This document shows positions 56,001 to 64,000 of a stretch of 64,000 bases of DNA, piece by piece. The first letter of the stretch is position 1; each line of letters starts with the position of its first letter. The notes beneath the pieces are model-generated. The model did no database searches. It saw only the letters and a program-made list of their open reading frames with translations, and was not told the origin of the DNA. The DNA lies in assembly GCF_963676685.1 (NCBI RefSeq), contig NC_092351.1, positions 27,714,001 to 27,778,000 on the forward strand, read 5' to 3'. The DNA is from Mytilus edulis. Its lineage: Eukaryota. A program made the position numbers and the translations under genes.

Positions 56001-56228
56001 TAACTTGTAGGATCCTTTACTATAGATAATTTAGCTGATCTGTAACAATAACATCTTCATGCCTTATATATCATGTACTGTAGTACGCCGCTAGATTAAA
56101 ACTGACGAGGAAAGGTAACACACGGCCAGCGAAAGCTCTTTTAATTGAGAGCCCAGGTGGTCGGGTGGTCTAAAAGCAAAAGCAAATTTACAGATCTAAC
56201 ATTGTTGGGTTGATGTTTAGACGAGTGG
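53053..56228 (+). mobile_element. Head-to-tail array of a 442-bp tRNA-headed, hammerhead-containing unit (retrozyme/SINE-like satellite); 7 full units plus 1 internally deleted partial unit
   Basis: Units start at 53053, 53499, 53941, 54383, 54825, 55267, 55709 and 56151. A box TGGTCGTGTGG (53060-70), B box GGTTCGAATCC (53127-37), hammerhead core at the end of each unit, (TA)n on both flanks. Confidence 0.85.
53438..53500 (+). ncRNA. Candidate type I hammerhead ribozyme (copy 1 of 7 identical copies; predicted cleavage after 53486, 53928, 54370, 54812, 55254, 55696, 56138)
   Basis: Stem I ATTAAAA/TTTTAAT; CTGACGA; stem II closed by G-C; GAAA; palindromic A-G-C-U stem III; CUC cleavage triplet. 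Stem II is weak. Confidence 0.65.
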
Positions 56229-57474
56229 TATATATATATATATATATATGTCACTTCTCTAAGACCACTTCTCGAAAATGGATGCAAAGAATGTAATGCG
56301 ATAGGTGTTTTGAATATGAATCTAATAAACTAGAGAGAAAAAAATACAACTAAAGGCTGCAAGGATAGTAGCAAGGCTTACAAAAGTTTTATTTTAGAAT
56401 CCTTATATTTTGAAATGGGTTGGGGAAACTGCAGCAGAAAGGTGTAGAAAACGAAAATGAACAGTTTAAAAAAAAATACATGATAACTATTACCCCCAAT
56501 TTTTAATCGATTGTCTACCTCCAGTTATATTTTATGTCAGTGGATACAACCTCAGAAATAAGGATATGTATACACCTCTAGATGTAGACTACGAATAACT
56601 AAAACGTCGTTCGTACCATCTACAGTACTGTCAGAATATAGAATAATTTAAATAAAACTATAAACAAAAACCAACAACTATCCCAAAATTCAAACGACAA
56701 ATAAAGGGTGAATCTTTTAGATCGCCAACATCTTATAATTAATGGGAAGGGTTCAGATGAGTGATATGATTAATTTGTTGAATAGTTCAAAATTGTCCTC
56801 CAGTTCTCCTGAAGAAAATGCCATTCATTACCTTCTAGAATGACAATCATTTTATTACAAAAAAAATATCCCTGGTTAATGATTCTGCAAATCGTAGAAT
56901 ATATATTGACATTGAAAGATGATTGTTTTGAAAAGATACAAATAATTACGAAATTTACTCCAAAATGTTCAACAGATATAGGAAAATGTGGTATGAGTGC
57001 CAATGAGACAGGTTGGACAACTCTAAATCCAAATAACAATTTATAAAAGTAAACCATTATAGGTCAAGGTACGGCCTTCAACACGGAGCTTTGGCTCACA
57101 CAGAACAGCAAGCTATAAAGGGGCTAAAAAATTACTAGTGTACAACCATTCAAACGGGAAAACCAACAGTCTAATCTATATAAAAACGAAAAACGAGAAC
57201 CACTTATGATCCACAAAAACAGACGTCAATGTGTTATTAAACAGTTATGCATATTTTAACATTCCAAGTCAATAGTTTTTGTTTTGTTTTGTAATCCAAT
57301 GGCATACCAATATGTGACTGCTTTCTTTATTTTCTATATCCGAAACTATATTAATTATGTATTTACTGTCAATATTTATAGATTATCGTTGAGATGACCA
57401 ATGATAATCTGTTTATCGCGATTTCATCGTGACGACGTTGTTAATTTCATAGACATCAAGCACGTGCGTCCTTA

Positions 57475-57966
57475 TTTTTATGCCCCACCTACGATAGTAG
57501 AGGGGCATTATGTTTTCTGGTCTGTGCGTCCGTTCGTCCGTCTGTCTGTCTGTCCGTTCGTTCGTTCGTCTGTTCGTTCGTCCGTCTGTCCGGCTTCAGG
57601 TTAAAGTTTTTGGTCAAGGTAGTTTTTGATGAAGTTGAAGTCCAATCAACTTGAAACTTAGTACACATGTTCCTTATGATATGATCTTTCTAATTTTTAA
57701 AGCCAAATTAAACTTTTGACCCAATTTTCACGGTCCACTGAACATAGAAAATGAAAGTGCATGTTTCAGCTTAAAGTTTTTGGTCAAGGTAGTTTTTGAT
57801 GAAGTTGAAGTCCAATCAACTTGAAACTTAGTACACATGTTCCCTATGATATTATCTTTCTAATTTTAATGCCTAATTATATTTTTTATCCAATTTCACG
57901 GTCCATTGAACATGGAAAATGATAGTGTGAGTGGGGCATTCGTGTACTTTGGACACATTCTTGTTT
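57475..57966 (+). mobile_element. HINE-type element with a GTCY/GTTC microsatellite and two internal repeats of about 170 bp
   Basis: 5' ATGCCCCAC...GGGGCAT stem-loop, tetranucleotide microsatellite, internal repeats at about 57595 and 57765, 3' GTGGGGCAT, hairpin GTGTAC-TTT-GGACAC, ending TTCTTGTTT. Confidence 0.85.
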
Positions 57967-58567
57967 ACAGATGATTTTTTATATCACTCTACTGTGCTGA
58001 GAAAAGAAATTATCAATCAGTAAGATCCAAGGAAATTTTCGTAAAATAGCGATAAATATGTGTATTGTATTCATGATTAGAGAACTAAATATAAGTTGTT
58101 TTAACTTGTTTCTTATCATGTTGCTTGATTAATGCAATGCAATATTATTGAAGTATAAATAAACTCCCTAAAGCGACCTTAGACGGATTTTAACTATTAT
58201 TTGCTTTTCTGATTTGGTCGAATGGCTCTTCAACTGGTTTTCATATATCTGTATGTAAATATGCGACTTGGGCATTACTGATAAAAGGCTTATGCGGAAT
58301 CAATTTGGAAAGAATGTTTTCATTATTTTCATACGAAAGACAAAGGATTGTTACTCTATTCCAAACGTAAATATGGAGAGCAGGTGTAGCTAACTTAATA
58401 TGCATCTTTAATCATTTTCATTTGTTTATCGTTTAAGTTTTTGGCTTTTATTTAATCAAATTTTAAAATTTTAACCGTTTTTGATTGATGCTAAATTCAG
58501 AAAAGTGTTCCAGGCGAACTCCATTCATACAGCGTTGTTCTCTTTACTCTTTTATATGAATAAGAGT

Positions 58568-59040
58568 ATATAGATATACGAAGATGTGGCGTGAGTGCCA
58601 ATGAGACAACTCTCCATCCAAATAACAATTTATAAAAGTAAACCATTATAGGCCAATGTACGGCCTCCAACACAGAGCATTGGCTCACACCGAACAACAA
58701 GCTATAAAGGGCTCCAAAATTACTAGTGTAAACCTATTCAAACGGAAAAAACCAACGGTCTAATCTATTTAAAAAACGAGAAACAAGAAGCACGTGTTTT
58801 CATAAACAAACGACAACTACTGTACATCAGATTCTGACTTAGAACAGGTGCAAACATTTCAGCGGGATTAGACGTTTTAATGGTACCAAACCTTCTCCCT
58901 TTTTCTGAAACAATAGTATAACATCACAACATAGAAAAACACACGATAAAATATCAATTGGAAAGCTGAACTCAATCACGTAATGTAAATTAACACACTA
59001 TGAACGAATAAATTTGATCTGCGATACCTGAAAACAAATA
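58568..59040 (-). mobile_element. Abundant interspersed repeat, probably a PLE tail; copies at about 27995-28460 (opposite strand), 11573-11765, 56972-57225, 25885-26190; related family at 16388-16575, 14640-14762, 28810-28932, 33375-33538
   Basis: Shared GATGTGG..TGA.TGCCAATGAGACAACTCTCCA...GTACGGCCT.CAACA core; lies just downstream of the 59.8-61.8 kb RT in the same orientation. Confidence 0.7.
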
Positions 59041-59799
59041 CAAATGTATTACAAATAATAATGTTAATGAAATATTCAAGGCCAAAAAAGCAATCAAACA
59101 AGTCCAAACAAAGCCATGGCGAGACACTACCGCAAAATACTAAATAACCCTTCGAAAATAATCACTTTTGAAAAAAAACGGTTTTCATTATATACACAGG
59201 TAAATGAAAAATAATTTTGTCGTTTTAGCTATACTGCTTCTGTGTACACAAAATTTTCCAATAATTAGGAATACCAAGAAAGTTCTGTCAAATAAATACC
59301 TAATTTAACACTAGATATATATGGGGTGAATATCAACAATAAAACTATATAATTAGAGCTAGATAAAACTTCCCTGTACAGATTTAAGAAGAATAACTTA
59401 ATGTTCATACAAATATAGTACAAAGAAGTAAAAATTAGTAGATTTCCAAATAATCAAAGCTGGTATATAGACAAGATCCATCATAATATAAAATAACAAA
59501 AAAGCATTACAAATAGTATCAACAGGTCAAATTAACAAGAAAGTATGATTTAATAGTACTCGCATTTACTGACAGCTAGTTAAAAGCCAAAAACAATTAA
59601 TAATAATCATGCATCAGAAATTAGAATAAACTAAAACACATCCCAGGGATTTAGTACTTTAACGTCATGAACAGTTAGAGAAGCAATGCAAACAATATAT
59701 GAATCGACAGGTAGTAGGATAGTGAGGAGCGACTTCTTTAGAGAAAAAAAATAACGCTTGTGTGTCTCTATACATCCCGCCTCAAAAGAAGATACACTT

Positions 59800-61790
59800 A
59801 AGTTATGTTTCAATTTGCTAATGAAATAAATCGATATTAGTGCCAATGTATACTATATTCAGAGTTCTAATTACAATATTGGTACGATAACCCTTACTTA
59901 TAAGTTTGTTTAAAGGTTCGATGAGTTTACACGGATCACATAGTGATTTCCGCGCTTGAAGTACAATAGTACCGTAAAATTTAGGATGTGAAATACCATT
60001 TTAAATAAGTTTTCTACAGGTACAGTCAAATTTACTAATTAAATCTTTGTACCTAATGAAAGCATTAGTAAAAGTTTTAAGTAATTTATGGTATCGAAAT
60101 CCCTGACACAATAATTTCTCAGTGATGCATTGATTACGTTCGTTAAAATCTATGACATCAGAACACACACGGGCATACCGAACGAGTTGGGATATGTAAA
60201 CACCGTATGATGGAGCCCAAGGCACATCGCCGTCTAAAAAAGGGCAACTGCTGCTGTTTATGTTAGATTTAGTTAAAGTTAGTTCTTTTGGGTAAATTTT
60301 GGAAGTATATTAAGAGATCTCTGGATTATTTAACGAAAAAATATCATCCAGATAACGGTAGGTATTGTTGAATGTATTAACCATATATAATAATGATTGG
60401 TTTTTACTGAGTTTGGTCATAAACTGAGATTCATAGCAATATAGAAATAAATCTGCTTTTTAAGGGGCACAGTTAATGTCCATAGGAATACCTACTACCT
60501 GACGATACTCTTTATCGCCGAAATGTACACAAATGTTATCTAGCAGATAATTTAAAGCTTCAATCATATCCTCACATTTCCAGTCAGTGTATCTAGCATA
60601 CTTTCCTTTTTCGTTACAGAAAAAAGGCTTTAAACGAGTTACAGCAAATAAAATTACAATGAGATTTTTCGAAAGACCAGTTGATCAAATACAAAAACTT
60701 TTTCTTTTGTAAGATTGTGTGGAAGTGTAGTGTACAGAGTAGAAAAATCATAACTGTCAACAGAATCATAAGGACCATCAAAAGCATGTGTTTTATCTAA
60801 AACCTCTAAATAATTTTTAATACTCCAAAAATAATTAATACTTTTATTTTCATAAGCTTTATTACAAAAGTTAATAACCAGTTCTTTGATAGTAGTAAGG
60901 AAGGTAGTTAGAAGCACTGATAGATTAGTAGTAGAACACTTACTCGATGCGGAAATGAAACGGAATTTAAATGTTTTTTCGTGTAATTTCGTTAACCATT
61001 ACATGGTACGGGCTTTCAAATGTTCGGAAGATGTTTTAAAGGGGCACTAGCTACGAGATATATAAAAAATCTAAAGTTTGATTTTTTTCTGTTCAATCAA
61101 TAATGAAAGTAAAATATTGAAATAACCTTTAGCTTTTTGCAGCCAAAAAGGTTCAATTTCGTCAAATTACGCTAAGAAACATTGATAACTACTTATTGAC
61201 TTGCAAGTGAATGAGTCGACCTCTATAAATCCGTATTCATGTGAACTTCAATTTAATCCCTAGCTAGAGATTGACAACGCATGCATTGTACGTGTACGGG
61301 TTATTTAAAGAAAACGAATGTCAACAATGAAAGTGAAACTACGGTAAATCATTTGATTACTAATTCGATGCACATAAAATCATTCTTAAACGGTTAAAAA
61401 CAATGAGAAACATCTATTTTTAATCTATAAAATAAAATCAAACAGACCTATAAAAATCCAATTGCACGTGTTGGTTTAATATATTCATATCTTTATTTAT
61501 GTTTACATCGCTTATATGGTCATCTGATGTCAAATCGATAGTTAATTAGATGGCGTCTAGACTAAAATACACACAAAACGAACCTATATACTATCTACCC
61601 CATGCTCTGTAAACTGTTTATTTTAGACTTTTGATAGTTTGGATAAATGTTTTACATTGTTATAAATCAAATATGAGAATTTGAGTCAAATTGGTGACCA
61701 TGAATTTGACAGCTAGTGCCCCTTTAAGCTCGGTAGTGGCAGTGGTATGCTTGTTAACGATTTGACTCTCTGTGATATGTCTAGTACAAA
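59800..61790 (-). mobile_element. Decayed Penelope-like retroelement RT, interrupted by the MITE
   Basis: Minus-strand motifs WLTKLH...FRFISAS, YDFSTLYTTLPH, GIPM..NCAP..ADLFLY, RYLDDIF, YGVYISQLVRYAR; stops, frameshifts and an internal deletion. Confidence 0.9.
61040..61723. mobile_element. MITE with 13-bp TIRs and TTAA target duplication (Kolobok-like purine termini)
   Basis: TTAA|AGGGGCACTAGCT ... AGCTAGTGCCCCT|TTAA; non-coding interior; interrupts a PLE ORF. Confidence 0.85.
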
Positions 61791-62779
61791 TAACACTGGG
61801 GCGTGACTGCGGCATAATAGACCAGAAATGTGGTCTCACCGATATTTCGCAATAATAAACCAACTGATGATTTGTCCGTAAATATCCGATAGAATGACTC
61901 TTACTTCATCATTTGGAAAATATGGTTCAAAAGCTTCCCTGTAGGCAGCAACATAGTCGTTCGACTTAAAGTAGATCTACTAATGCAGCTTTTTTGATCT
62001 TACAATATGCATTTGTTGTTTTAACATTTGCTATTATTCGATCAATCCTATGGGGATGAAGATCGTAAACTATGGTTTGCACCAAGGTCTGACATTTTAA
62101 TGATTCTTTGCATTCATGTTAATATAAGAATTAATCTTTAATCTTTCAGAAAAACAACTGACAAGATTAAATATTTGTATGCATTTGAGTAATCAACAGT
62201 GATTTATTTTTATTTGTTTAGCTTGTATAAGTTTGTTGCATGGCTAAAGAAGTAAAAGAGAATAATTCGTAATCTTGTCACCTGAGATTAGTTTATATAG
62301 AACCATTAGTGCAGATCAGTAGAAATTTTTTTTTTTTTATTTTTTTTTTTTAATATATCAAACGAATTATGTCTAAATTCAAGTTAATAAATGTAAAGGA
62401 TTACGTATACATTCTTGCTTCTTGTATATTTTTGTGTACGCTAAAAGCTAAGCAACAAAAACAAAGAATGTGAAGTTAACTGAACCAGAACCACTTTTAA
62501 ATTATTCATGATAACTGGCGTCCTACACATTGTCTTTTGTATTTAATTGAAATACACATGTATCGTGATTATATCATATTTTAAAGGATGACTTAGACAA
62601 TGGGTTTTTGTACACAATACAAACTATACAAAATATCAGTCGTAGCCATAATGTGAACATATTTACTAGTGAACGAGAGCGAGTGAAAAAGGCTTCACAT
62701 ATTGTCGAGGGGCTGATTTTGTACGCCTATATATAAATATATATTTACTTATAAATCCGGATAATCTATTGATCGTTAT

Positions 62780-64000
62780 AATAAAATTGAGAAAGGAAAT
62801 GGTGAATATGTCAAAGCGACAACCACCCGACCATAGAGCAAACAACAGCCGAAGGCAACCAATGGGTCTTCAATGTAGCGAGAATTCCCGCACCCGTAGG
62901 TGTCCTTCAGCTGGCCCCTAAAATATGCATAATAGTACAGTGATAATGGACGTCATACTAAACTCCGAATTATACACAAGAAACTAAAATTTTAAAATCA
63001 TACAAGACTAACAAAGGCCAGAGGCTCCTGACTTGGGACAGGCGCAAAATTGCGGCGGGGTTAAACATGTTTATGAGATCTCAACCCTCCCCCTATACCT
63101 CTAGCCAATGTAGAAAAGTAAAACAATAACAATACGCACATTAAAATTCAGTTAAAGAGAAGTCCGAGTCTGATGTCAAAAGATGTAACAAAAGAAAATA
63201 AATAAAATGACAATAATACATAAATAACAACAGACTACTAGCAGTTAACTGACATGCCAGCTCCAGACCTTAATTAAACTGATTGAAAGATTATGTCTTC
63301 ATCATATGAATATCAGGTACAATCCCTCCCGTTAGGGGTTTAGTATCATACTATCATAAAATATATGAGAAGAACATAACCCGTGTCATGCCAACAACTG
63401 TTTTTTTAAGAAATAAATGTGTTTAGTTCCGATGCAAAGACCCTATCAGTGAATCAATGTTAAAGCCAAAATATGCAATCTTTAATGACCTGACAACAGT
63501 ATCGTAACTATATCCCCTTTTAATAAGTCTATTTAAAGGTTTTGTTAGTTTCTGAGGAGAATACTGACATTTTTGTGCTTTATAAAGAATATTTCCATAA
63601 AATTTTGGATGTGAAATACCTGAACGTATAAGATGTCTGCATGTTGAGTTATATTTACGAATTATTTCCTTATACCGGTGATAAAATTTAGTAAATGTTT
63701 TGACCAGTTTGTGATATCGAAAACCCTGGTGTAATAATTTTTCAGTAATACATAAATTTCTCTCGCTAAAATCTAATACATTGTTACATACACGAGCGAA
63801 TCGTACAAGTTGAGATATATAAACACCATAAGATGGTGACAAGGGAACGTCACCATCTAAAAATGGATAATTAACAATAGGAAATGAAAAATCATCTCTT
63901 TTATCATAAATTTTTGTATTAAGCTTCCCGTTTATGATATAGATATCAAGATCGAGGAAAGGGCAGTGGTCATTGTTATCATTAGCTTTATTTAAAGTAA
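62780..64000 (-). mobile_element. Penelope-like retroelement: RT C-terminal ORF (63423 to window edge, no stop) plus about 640-bp 3' tail
   Basis: CPFLDLDI...TKIYDKRDDFSFPIVNYPFLDGDVP..SYGVYISQLVRFAR; the frame stays open to 64000. Confidence 0.9.

Noticed and set aside
61840-61976. Possible minus-strand exon IYFKSNDYVAAYREAFEPYFPNDEVRVILSDIYGQIISWFIIAKY ending at GTGAGA
   Set aside because: Poor acceptor, no recognisable family and no partner exons; needs a BLASTX or RNA-seq check.

Overview
AT-rich, repeat-dense eukaryotic genomic DNA. The repeat families and gene type suggest a bivalve mollusc, probably a mussel (inference). One complete spliced gene can be rebuilt by hand on the + strand: an 11-exon, 310-aa secreted alpha-carbonic-anhydrase-related protein of the CA10/CA11 type (CDS 2524..29609) with His94 replaced by Lys. 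The 3' end of its exon 8 and the splice donor have been amplified into a 52-bp array holding 13 donors. The rest of the window is mostly mobile DNA: Penelope-like retroelement (PLE) RT fragments and tails, two Helentron-type non-autonomous (HINE) loci, a TTAA-target MITE nested in a PLE, and long-hairpin elements. The most striking object is a head-to-tail array of a 442-bp unit (53053..56228) flanked by (TA)n. Each unit has a tRNA-derived Pol III head, a complete hammerhead-ribozyme core with a 4-nt palindromic stem III, and G-U-rich helices that span the predicted cleavage site. It is a candidate retrozyme / circular-RNA replicon. Nearly all ORFs in the supplied track are spurious or repeat-derived.
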